From: Pseudomonadota bacterium
GTDB lineage: Bacteria; Bdellovibrionota_F; JAHFAK01; JBDREC01
DNA: 64,000 nucleotides
Reading direction: 5' to 3'
Assembly: GCA_043820105.1 (NCBI GenBank)
Contig: JBDREC010000102.1
Span: 826 to 64,825, forward strand
The notes under the pieces are model-generated. The model had not been told where the DNA came from, ran no database searches, and saw nothing but the letters and a program-made list of their open reading frames with translations. This document shows, piece by piece, positions 10,003 through 18,285 of this stretch. The translations under genes were made by a program, and so were the position numbers. The stretch's first letter is position 1, and every line of letters begins with the position of its first letter.

Positions 10003-10143
10003 TTATGCTTCTGGAGAAGGAGAACATGCAAAAGCAGGTCCAAATCTATCTTCAATTTCACTGTCAGAAAAGATTTTCAAAACAGGTGCTTCATATTTTT
10101 TCTTTTTTTCATTTCTTTTTTCTTTTTTCACTATTATCTCCAT
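10003..10143 (-). CDS. Putative RiPP precursor peptide (46 aa from ATG 10143, or 42 aa from GTG 10131 after GGAG)
   Basis: MEIIVKKEKRNEKKKKYEAPVLKIFSDSEIEDRFGPAFACSPSPEA: basic N-terminus, YxxPxL RRE-binding motif, ends 14 nt before the rSAM start. Confidence 0.8.
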   Translation of the reverse strand: MEIIVKKEKRNEKKKKYEAPVLKIFSDSEIEDRFGPAFACSPSPEA

Positions 10144-10385
10144 TGTCTCAGTTTTGAAAAATAAAGTAATATATATCTTTGTTTTAAAGATGGATATAAA
10201 AAACAAAAAGAAAGATTATGCAAGAGAAAAAAGGAGGTTTAAAAAAAGTGAAATTTTAGAATAATTGCTTGATTGTTGGTGATAATTCACAAGAATGGAA
10301 TTTGGAAAGTAATACCAAAATATTTATCTTTACTTCTTTTCTTATTTCTTTGAATTATTATTTTTCATTTTATAAATAGATATTT

Positions 10386-12044
10386 ATGTTAAATCAAATT
10401 TACCATAACTGGCAGCTTTTTTTAAGATCTCTAAGTTTTTTAAGACCATATTGGAAACAGTTGCTGGGACTGATTTTACTTTCTCAAATTGTCGTGCTTT
10501 TAGGCTTAATAAGTCCTTATTTAACAAAAATCTTAATTGATGATGCTTATGTGAACAAAGATTTCTCACTGTTTTCGATCATAATTTTAACTATTGCCTC
10601 AATTATACTTGTAAGTGGAGTGCTTGGCGGCATTGTTGAATATTTTAATGGAAAAATAAACCAACGAGTTTATCTAGATATTAACAACAAAATCGTTAAT
10701 ATTCTCATGTCTTTAAGCCTTGATTATCATAAGAGTACTCAAGCTGGCAAAAATCTTTATAAATTATACTTTGATACAGAAGCCTGCGCTAGAATGTTAA
10801 CTGATTATGTAATTCAAGCCTTGAGGCTATTTTTAACTTTTTTAATTACTTTTATTATTGTCTTTTATTTAAATGCAAAAATTGCACTTTTAACATTTTT
10901 CTTGGGAATATTTTTTTATTTTCATGCACTATACTTTTCTAAAAAAAGAAGATCCGTTTTTAGGCAAATAATCTCACAAAGACAGAGTATATTTATAAGG
11001 TTAAAAGATGCTTTTGCTAAAATTTACATGATAAAAGCCTCAGCAAAAGAAGAAGAAGAAAAGAAAATGCATCTTGAGAAACTTAATAAAACAATAGAAA
11101 TAGCATTTGTAGACCTAAGGCTCAAGGTGATTTCATTTTTTTCAGCCCAGGTTATGAAAAGCGCCGTTATTGGTGTTGTTATTTTTTATGGTGGATATTT
11201 GATTTTTCAAAATGAGCTTAGTCTTGGTGTTTTAACTTCAATAATTGTTTATCTGGGAAGACTAGCTGGTTTTAATAGAGAAGTAGGACAACTTGTTCAA
11301 TGGCTAGGAGTTTCCCTGATTTCCTGCGAAAGGCTTGATCTTGTTTTAAAAGAAGAAAAAAGCAGCAACACAAAAACAGGAAAAAATAAAAAAACACCCA
11401 AAACTTTTTGCCCACATATCAAAATAGAAAATCTGTGTTTTTCTTATGATAATGAAAAACAAATTATTTCCAATCTCAATGGAGAAATTAAACCTTTTAA
11501 ATGGACCTTGTTCAGGGGAGATTCTGGATGTGGAAAATCAACAGTGATAAATATGATTTTGGGATTTTACAAACCTCAACAAGGAAAAATCTATCTTGAT
11601 AATGAAAACATTGAAACCCTTGATTCTAATTTTATAAAAGAAAACATTGCCCTGGTTCCACAAGAGCCCAATTTATGGTTTGGATCAATAAAATATAATG
11701 TTACATATTTTAATAGTAAGGCTAAAGATAGTGATCTTCAAAAGATTTTAAAAATAACTGAGCTTGAAAACTTTATTACAAGCCTTGAAAATGGCATAGA
11801 AACCGAAATTGGCGAAGATGCAGGCAAGGTATCAGAAGGCCAAAAACAAAGAATTTCACTTGCCAGAGCTTTATTAAAGAATCCAAAACTTCTTGTTCTT
11901 GACGAAGCATTATCCTTTGTTGACGATAAAACTTCATATAAAATATTAAAAAACATTAAAGACAATTATCCCAATATTACTATCTTATTTATTTCACATA
12001 AAAAAGCTGATCTTGAATTTGCTGATAAGATTGTTGAGTTTTAG
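10386..12044 (+). CDS. ABC exporter (fused TMD and NBD) without a C39 peptidase domain
   Basis: Multiple TM helices; Walker A GDSGCGKST, signature variant VSEGQKQR, Walker B LLVLDEA, ISH switch. Confidence 0.93.
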   Translation: MLNQIYHNWQLFLRSLSFLRPYWKQLLGLILLSQIVVLLGLISPYLTKILIDDAYVNKDFSLFSIIILTIASIILVSGVLGGIVEYFNGKINQRVYLDINNKIVNILMSLSLDYHKSTQAGKNLYKLYFDTEACARMLTDYVIQALRLFLTFLITFIIVFYLNAKIALLTFFLGIFFYFHALYFSKKRRSVFRQIISQRQSIFIRLKDAFAKIYMIKASAKEEEEKKMHLEKLNKTIEIAFVDLRLKVISFFSAQVMKSAVIGVVIFYGGYLIFQNELSLGVLTSIIVYLGRLAGFNREVGQLVQWLGVSLISCERLDLVLKEEKSSNTKTGKNKKTPKTFCPHIKIENLCFSYDNEKQIISNLNGEIKPFKWTLFRGDSGCGKSTVINMILGFYKPQQGKIYLDNENIETLDSNFIKENIALVPQEPNLWFGSIKYNVTYFNSKAKDSDLQKILKITELENFITSLENGIETEIGEDAGKVSEGQKQRISLARALLKNPKLLVLDEALSFVDDKTSYKILKNIKDNYPNITILFISHKKADLEFADKIVEF

Positions 12045-12106
12045 CTTCTTGACAATCTATCTTTGATTAATATTCTTGTTTTATATTTTTTTCTAGGAGG
12101 GGTCAT

Positions 12107-13357
12107 ATGACAAAATCACAGCATTTGTGTTTTTTTAAACACATTCTTTTCTTATCATTTATTATAGTTTTATTTGCAAAACCAATCATTGCCACGAATG
12201 CTATCGATTTTAAAGTTTATCAAATTTATGCTTCAGATAAACATGAAAGATCTTTAATCGCAAGCTTTGGAGCTGATATTGTTGAAGTTAACGATAATTA
12301 TGTAATTGCCTTTGTTCGAAAAGATCAAGAAACTTTGTTTGATGCTTTTAATGTCAACTATGTTGATATTACCGAAGACTTTATTGATTATTTTGAAGAC
12401 TTTCCAGCTGATGATAATGCTTACCATTCTGTACATGAAGTAAATGAGTTTTTACACGAAACAGCAGCGCTTAATCCTGAAATTGCAAAAGTTTTTAGTA
12501 TAGGAAAATCAATAGAAGGAAATGATATTCTAGGAATAAAAATTAGTGATAATGTTAATGATGAAGAATTTGATGAGCCTGCTGCATTGTTTCTTGGCAC
12601 CACGCACGCTCGCGAACATCTAAGCACTGAAGTGCCACTTTTCCTTGCTCGATTTTTGGTTGAGGGTTATTCTAAGCGCGATTTTCACCTTAAAGAATTA
12701 ATAGATACACGTGAAATATTTATTTTTCCAGTCCTTAATCCAGATGGTAAAATGTATGATATTGGTGAAGCAGGATTTTCAGGAACTAGAAATTACCAGT
12801 TTTGGAGAAAGAACAGAAGAAAAAACTCAGATGCTAGTCTTGGTGTTGATTTAAATAGAAACTATGATTCAAATTGGGGTGGTCAAGGATCTAGTTCAAG
12901 CCCCAGCTCAGACACTTATCATGGAGAGGCAGCATTTTCAGAGCCTGAAACAGCAGCAATTAAAGACTTTATTTTAGCTCAAAAAAACATTTCAGTTTGT
13001 CTTTCTTATCATACTTTTAGCAAGTTGATTTTATATCCCTGGGGCACAAGCAATGATCCCATTGCAGATGAGAAAGATTTAAATGCCTTTAAAAAAATAG
13101 CAGCTCAAATGGCCCAGTGGACAGGTTATAGACCTGAGCAAGCTTCTGATTTATATATTACTTCAGGTGCAATGATTGATTGGCTATATGCAGACCTCGG
13201 AATCTTTGGTTTTACCTTTGAGCTAGATCCAGCTTCAATGTGGAATGGTGGTTTTTATCCTGGAGATGAAATTATAGAAGAAGTGTTTTTAAAAAATATT
13301 AATCCTGCCCTTTATTTAATTTATTTAGCAGATGATCCAAGAAAGGCTGGAGACTAA
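12107..13357 (+). CDS. Secreted M14 zinc carboxypeptidase (carboxypeptidase T-like)
   Basis: Signal peptide; HARE, RKNR, GVDLNRNY, FSEPET, SYHTFS, FTFEL. Confidence 0.93.
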   Translation: MTKSQHLCFFKHILFLSFIIVLFAKPIIATNAIDFKVYQIYASDKHERSLIASFGADIVEVNDNYVIAFVRKDQETLFDAFNVNYVDITEDFIDYFEDFPADDNAYHSVHEVNEFLHETAALNPEIAKVFSIGKSIEGNDILGIKISDNVNDEEFDEPAALFLGTTHAREHLSTEVPLFLARFLVEGYSKRDFHLKELIDTREIFIFPVLNPDGKMYDIGEAGFSGTRNYQFWRKNRRKNSDASLGVDLNRNYDSNWGGQGSSSSPSSDTYHGEAAFSEPETAAIKDFILAQKNISVCLSYHTFSKLILYPWGTSNDPIADEKDLNAFKKIAAQMAQWTGYRPEQASDLYITSGAMIDWLYADLGIFGFTFELDPASMWNGGFYPGDEIIEEVFLKNINPALYLIYLADDPRKAGD

Positions 13358-13415
13358 AGCCCCCACCTTGACTCAAGCCTTTTTGATGCTTATATATATT
13401 AAGGAGGCGATAAAT

Positions 13416-14279
13416 ATGTTTAAAAATCTTCCAGAAACCACGACTTCTTTAAGTTTTTATTTGAGTTCAATTAATTCCATTCCTGTGCTAACAAGAGAGC
13501 AGGAACAGGATCTTGCAAGAAAAGTTTATGATTTTAAAGATATATCTGCTGCTCAAAAACTCATTATTTCGAACCTACGCTTTGTTGTTAAGATAGCAAA
13601 TGAATATAAAAAATATGGCTTTCACTTAATGGATATTATTCAAGAAGGTAATGTTGGGCTTATGCTGGCCATTAAAAAATTCAATCCCTACAAAGGAATA
13701 AAATTAATTTCCTATGCTGTTTGGTGGATTAGAGCCTATATCCAAAATTTTATTTTAAGAAATTGGTCTATCGTAAAAATTGGAACAACACAACTTGAGA
13801 GGAAACTTTTTTATGCCATTTCAAAAACCAAAAAGAAACTTTTAGGCTTTGGAGATGGTGTAGATTTTGATCGGGTCAAAAAACTTGCCTCTTCTTTAAA
13901 TACTGATGAGAAAAAGGTTAGTGAGATGATAACAAGGACTGAAAAAAATGATGTTTTTCTTAATTTGCCTCTTACTTCAGATGGCACGACTGAAAGAATT
14001 GATTTGCTCGAGGACTCAAATCAAGAAAACCTTGAAGAAGAATTATCCAATAATGAGTTAAAAGATATTTTTTCAAAAAGATTAAAAGATTTTCGGCCAA
14101 GCTTAAATGAGCGTCAAATACATATTTTAGACAATAGACTTTTAAGCCAAGAACCCGCAACCCTTCAAAGCATTGCAGATAAGTATGGCATTTCAAAAGA
14201 AAGAGCTCGGCAGTTAGAGGATAATTTAAAAAATAAAATTGCAAAAGAATTTGAAAACCTTAAGTGTGAAGTTGTCTGA
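13416..14279 (+). CDS. rpoH: RNA polymerase sigma-32 (RpoH-family) factor
   Basis: AAGGAGG RBS at 13401 before ATG 13416; NLRFVVKIA, DIIQEGNVGLM, SYAVWWIRA, RpoH-box-like TQLERKLF, ISKERARQLE. Confidence 0.85.
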   Translation: MFKNLPETTTSLSFYLSSINSIPVLTREQEQDLARKVYDFKDISAAQKLIISNLRFVVKIANEYKKYGFHLMDIIQEGNVGLMLAIKKFNPYKGIKLISYAVWWIRAYIQNFILRNWSIVKIGTTQLERKLFYAISKTKKKLLGFGDGVDFDRVKKLASSLNTDEKKVSEMITRTEKNDVFLNLPLTSDGTTERIDLLEDSNQENLEEELSNNELKDIFSKRLKDFRPSLNERQIHILDNRLLSQEPATLQSIADKYGISKERARQLEDNLKNKIAKEFENLKCEVV

Positions 14280-14283
14280 TTGT

Positions 14284-15102
14284 TTATTCTTCTTTATTGC
14301 GATCAAATAAATAAGCAAATCCACAAGATGCAAAATAAAGAATAATTAATGGTACTGACATTAAGCACATGGTTCCAACGTCTGGAGGGGTTAAAATCGC
14401 TGCAACAGCAAAGGAGCCAATGATCGCCCATCTCCAGGCTTTTAAAAATGTTTTAGCTCTTACAACTCCTGTTAAAGACAAAAAGGATATTACCAGAGGT
14501 GTTTCAAAAATAACTCCAAAACCAATCAAGAGTTTGGTTGTCAGTGATAAATATTCTTTTATTGTTAAAATTGGTTTAATGTCTTCTGTTGCAAAGCTTA
14601 AGAAAAATTTAAAACCAAGTGGAAAAACAATAAAATAGCCAAACATGGCTCCACACATAAAAAAGAAAGATCCCATTATAATAAATGGAACAACATATTT
14701 TCTTTCATTTTTATAAAGACCAGGTGCAACAAAGCCCCAGATTTGAGAGAAAATATAAGGGAAAGCTATAAAAAAGCCTGATAATATTCCTACTTTTAAA
14801 TAAGTAATAAAGGGTTCAATTAGTCCTGTGAAATGTAAATTGCCTTGTTTTGGTGGAAAAAGACCGATTATTGGCATCATTAATATATTAAAAATATTTT
14901 CTGCAAAATAATAAGAAAGAGCAAAACCGATGACAATTGCAATTACTATTCTAATAAGCCTTATTCGTAGTTCTTCTAGATGAGCCAAAAAAGGCATTTC
15001 TCTTTCTTGTGGCTTTGGAACTAGTTTTTCTGGGGCTTTAATGCTTTCTGCTTGTTTATTTTTGCTTTTTTTTGTCATTTTTATTATTAGTTTTCTTTTC
15101 AT
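14284..15102 (-). CDS. tatC: Twin-arginine translocase subunit TatC (start may be ATG 15078)
   Basis: MPFLAHLEELR, QIWGFVAPGLY..E, FETP, AAILTPPD. Confidence 0.96.
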   Translation of the reverse strand: MKRKLIIKMTKKSKNKQAESIKAPEKLVPKPQEREMPFLAHLEELRIRLIRIVIAIVIGFALSYYFAENIFNILMMPIIGLFPPKQGNLHFTGLIEPFITYLKVGILSGFFIAFPYIFSQIWGFVAPGLYKNERKYVVPFIIMGSFFFMCGAMFGYFIVFPLGFKFFLSFATEDIKPILTIKEYLSLTTKLLIGFGVIFETPLVISFLSLTGVVRAKTFLKAWRWAIIGSFAVAAILTPPDVGTMCLMSVPLIILYFASCGFAYLFDRNKEE

Positions 15103-15355
15103 CTTTTTCAGCTAGTTTTTCAAGATCATCAAGAGTTGGAATGTTTTCTTTTAGCTGCTTTTTCACATCTTTAATTTCTGAGCTAACATCTTCAGTTGCT
15201 TCCATTAGATTTTCTTTAAAATCTCTTGTTGCGCCTTTTAGTTCTGCTAAAGCTTTTCCAAGGTTTCTAGCCAGGCCTGGAAGCTGTTTAGGGCCAAGGA
15301 CAATTAGCACGATAATCAAAATGACAATTAATTCTGTTGATCCTATTCCAAACAT
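15056..15355 (-). CDS. tatB: Twin-arginine translocase TatA/TatB subunit
   Basis: MFGIGSTELIVILIIVLIVLGPKQLPGLARNLGK; directly upstream of tatC. Confidence 0.88.
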   Translation of the reverse strand: MFGIGSTELIVILIIVLIVLGPKQLPGLARNLGKALAELKGATRDFKENLMEATEDVSSEIKDVKKQLKENIPTLDDLEKLAEKDEKKTNNKNDKKKQK

Positions 15356-15425
15356 AATTATATTCTATAATTGTGAAGTTACTATGCATTTATAGGCATT
15401 TTAATTTTATGGCAAGGAAATTTTT

Positions 15426-15563
15426 TTAGATATCTATTTCAAGGATTATTAAAGGTTTATCTTTTTCATTTTTATTATTAACAGGATTGCGAATATTATC
15501 ATGAAGCGGTATTTGCACAAAAATATCTTTTGATTCTTTATTTTTTTTCATTTTATCTATCAT
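15426..15563 (-). CDS. Possible 45-aa small protein (not in the ORF track)
   Basis: Manual translation MIDKMKKNKESKDIFVQIPLHDNIRNPVNNKNEKDKPLIILEIDI*; fills the gap upstream of tatB; weak RBS. Confidence 0.35.
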   Translation of the reverse strand: MIDKMKKNKESKDIFVQIPLHDNIRNPVNNKNEKDKPLIILEIDI

Positions 15564-15601
15564 ATAAGGTCTTAACATTTTTATTTTCCCTTTTTTGCAT
15601 T

Positions 15602-15638
15602 AAAAAAAACCCGTGAAAAGAATTAACTTTTCACAGGC
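15602..15638 (-). terminator. Intrinsic terminator
   Basis: Minus strand GCCTGTGAAAAG-TTAATT-CTTTTCACGGGT followed by a T run. Confidence 0.8.
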
Positions 15639-15672
15639 TTTAATAAAAGGCTTTAATCTTGTCGAACTAATA
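15602..15672 (-). ncRNA. Candidate sigma54-dependent small RNA (about 70 nt)
   Basis: Bounded by a consensus sigma54 promoter (15683-15698) and a terminator; no ORF; ATTAAAGCCT occurs twice. Confidence 0.4.
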
Positions 15673-15682
15673 TATATCCTAT

Positions 15683-15698
15683 TGCAATTAGAGTGCCA
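15683..15698 (-). promoter_or_regulatory. Sigma54 -24/-12 promoter
   Basis: Minus strand TGGCACTCTAATTGCA, near-perfect TGGCAC-N5-TTGCA. Confidence 0.7.
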
Positions 15699-15907
15699 AA
15701 GCGGTCTTTTAATATAAGTTGTTGAAAACAAACAAGTTAGGAAAGCCGAACTTAGTTGGCCTTACTTATTTTATGCTCATTTTATTCTCAATTCCAGAAG
15801 AAGTGGTCATTTTTTGCACTATTATTAGCATCAATTGTTCAATGCCTAATAACGCATATTTTTTTATCTTTACTTACTTATTTATTAAATTTATTATCCT
15901 TTGTGTT

Positions 15908-16303
15908 ATGAAAGACAAAACAAAAACATGGCTTGAACTTGCGCAAAATGATCTTGATTTCGCAAAAAGTATTTTTGATAGTAAAAAAAGATACTGCTAT
16001 GTTGTACATTTTTGTCATCAATCGTTAGAAAAATTACTAAAGGCTATTATTCAAGAATATTCTGAAGAAACACCTAAAAGAACTCATAATTTTAAAACAT
16101 TATGGGAACAAGCTCAAATACCGTTAACAGAGAGACAGAAGCTTCAGCTTCTTGAAATCATGCCGCATTATATTGGAACAAAATACCCTGAAGATATTCG
16201 TCAATTGCACAAAATCTACACAAAAAAATATGTCGAAAAATTATTAATAAATACTATGGAACTTTTCAAATGGCTAAAAAAATATCTTCAATTAAAAAAA
16301 TAA
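15908..16303 (+). CDS. HEPN domain protein (HEPN/MNT pair)
   Basis: WLELAQNDL..A, HFCHQSLEKLLKA, PKRTHN, YIGTKYP; ATG 15908 preferred over the upstream TTG. Confidence 0.88.
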   Translation: MKDKTKTWLELAQNDLDFAKSIFDSKKRYCYVVHFCHQSLEKLLKAIIQEYSEETPKRTHNFKTLWEQAQIPLTERQKLQLLEIMPHYIGTKYPEDIRQLHKIYTKKYVEKLLINTMELFKWLKKYLQLKK

Positions 16304-16608
16304 TAAAAGTATACATTGAAATACTAAAGTCCAAAGGAATACATGTGGAAACAGTTATTTTATATGGCTCTCAGGCTACAGGATTTGCAAATGACGACAG
16401 TGATATTGATATAATTATAATATCTGACGACTTAAAACTTATCAGTTTCCCTGAAAGATTGGGTTTTTTATCGCAGGCAACATTAAACATACCTGAACCA
16501 CTGGAAGTAATAGGCTATACACGTGACGAAGTTAAAAATAAAAATGGGAAGAGTGTTTTTTGGGATGAAATTTGTTCAAAAGGCAAAATTATTTATACCG
16601 CTGCTTAA
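16270..16608 (+). CDS. Minimal nucleotidyltransferase (MNT) of a HEPN/MNT toxin-antitoxin-like pair
   Basis: LYGSQATG...DSDIDIII (GS-x10-DxD); overlaps the HEPN gene. Confidence 0.9.
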   Translation: MAKKISSIKKIIKVYIEILKSKGIHVETVILYGSQATGFANDDSDIDIIIISDDLKLISFPERLGFLSQATLNIPEPLEVIGYTRDEVKNKNGKSVFWDEICSKGKIIYTAA

Positions 16609-16730
16609 TCCATCGAGTTTTCCTGTCATTTTCAAATAAAAAACAAAAAATACGATAACTTTTTTACTTTACTAAAACTTCCTTTAAATGTTATTATCTC
16701 CGTTCGATTGATGTATAAGAAAGGTTTATA

Positions 16731-17597
16731 ATGAAGGTTTTCAGAAATGAGGCAGGACTTGCTTACCATGTTCCTGTAGCAAAATCGAGCTTGAATCCAA
16801 ATCTCCTGACATGCGGATCGCCGGAGCGGGTTTTGGAACTTGGATCTATGTTAAAGAACAAAAAAGTGTTGACTGAAAACAGGGGCCTGCCCGTTGTGAA
16901 CGGAGAATATGAAGGACTCCCAATAACAGTTTTTTGCACAGGCATGGGTCCTGCTACAACTTCGATTGTAATTCCAGAAATAATTGATAGCATTGATTTT
17001 TCTATTTCAAATACAGCTAACATTATAAGGCTTGGGACATCTGGATCAATGCAAGATCATGTAAAGCCATGTGATATAGTAGTTTCTTCAGCTTCAATTA
17101 GAGATGAAGGAACTTCTGATAAAATTATTGGAAAAGAATTTCCAGCTGTTTCAGATATAAAGCTTTCATTATCTTTAATGGCAGCTGGCGAAAAAAATGG
17201 TTTAGAAACAAATAAAACACTTTGGCTTGGAACAACACATGTAAAAGATGAACTTTACTTTACTGAAAATCCCGAAAACTCTCCTATTAAAAATCAGAGA
17301 GTTGAAGCCCTTGATTCATTTAAAAAACTTGGTTGCCTAGCAACAGAGATGGAACTTTCGCCAATGATTCTTATCGCCAATTATTATAATGAATTTTTTC
17401 GAAAAAATGGTGAAGATAAAAAAGTGAATGTATCAGGTGCTTTTTTAGTAATCTCTGGAAACCATGGTACTGATTCTGAAACAACACAATTCCAAAAATG
17501 CAACCCATCTCTTTTACTTGAACTAGGTCTTGATGCTTTAAAAATCTATAGAGAAAATAATATTACTAATTACGAAAATATCCTTAAAAATATCTAA
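16731..17597 (+). CDS. udp: Uridine phosphorylase (PNP/UDP family)
   Basis: GSPERV, TGMGPAT, IRLGTSG, IRDEGTS, ATEME. Confidence 0.8.
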   Translation: MKVFRNEAGLAYHVPVAKSSLNPNLLTCGSPERVLELGSMLKNKKVLTENRGLPVVNGEYEGLPITVFCTGMGPATTSIVIPEIIDSIDFSISNTANIIRLGTSGSMQDHVKPCDIVVSSASIRDEGTSDKIIGKEFPAVSDIKLSLSLMAAGEKNGLETNKTLWLGTTHVKDELYFTENPENSPIKNQRVEALDSFKKLGCLATEMELSPMILIANYYNEFFRKNGEDKKVNVSGAFLVISGNHGTDSETTQFQKCNPSLLLELGLDALKIYRENNITNYENILKNI

Positions 17598-17638
17598 AAG
17601 TGAGTGAATTGTTTTTTATAAAACTCGCTAGCTTCTCT

Positions 17639-18004
17639 TTAGTATTTATTACTAATAACAAAAAGGGCTGCCATTAGCTTACAAGTTGCATTTTGGCTTG
17701 CTACTTGGCTACCTTTTTGTGCAAGTGAATTGTTTTCACATACCTTTGTTAATTCTTCATAAATCATTTGAAGTTCAACATTTTCTGAAAATGTTTTTGA
17801 ACATATTGTCGATGCTTCATCTATTTTCTCACGCTTAAGTGAAAAAGGTGCTTCAATATTAGAAGCTTCTACTATAGCTGCGTGGCATGTACTTCCACCA
17901 AGATCAAGAATTTTAGCAATTGGATCAGAAATAGGGTTTTCAGCAAATGCCATAGACATGGTAATAATACTAAAAACACCAATCAAACATAATAATTTTT
18001 TCAT
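17639..18004 (-). CDS. Small secreted hypothetical protein (four Cys in the mature part)
   Basis: Signal peptide MKKLL...MAFA. Confidence 0.7.
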   Translation of the reverse strand: MKKLLCLIGVFSIITMSMAFAENPISDPIAKILDLGGSTCHAAIVEASNIEAPFSLKREKIDEASTICSKTFSENVELQMIYEELTKVCENNSLAQKGSQVASQNATCKLMAALFVISNKY

Positions 18005-18285
18005 AGTACTTTTCCTTTAAATAATTAATCTAAACTTAATAAAAAACCATAAGCTTAGTGTTAATTCTTACTCAAGATTCATTCCAAGTGCTGTTTATTT
18101 CTTTTTGGTCCATATTTTCATTAACTTACATGTTGCGAAATTTTGTTATAAACTAAAAAAAACCAATAGTGCACAAAACAAAAAGGCCAAGTGTCCCTAC
18201 CTTGTCTCTATTTTTATCATCTTTTTTTAATTGCTATCTTTAGCATCAATGCTATTATCTGGAGTCCGTTAACAAAGGATTTAAG

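Noticed and set aside
8660-10143. Lasso peptide or PQQ cluster
   Set aside because: YxxPxL leader and kinase are present, but there is no asparagine-synthetase-like cyclase or B2 peptidase, no ExxxY core and no pqqB/C
12703-12718. Second parS-like site (AGATACACGTGAAATA)
   Set aside because: Four mismatches to the consensus; compatible with chance
15719-15907. Hydrophobic N-terminal extension of the HEPN ORF
   Set aside because: AT-rich intergenic-like sequence; HEPN similarity begins at ATG 15908
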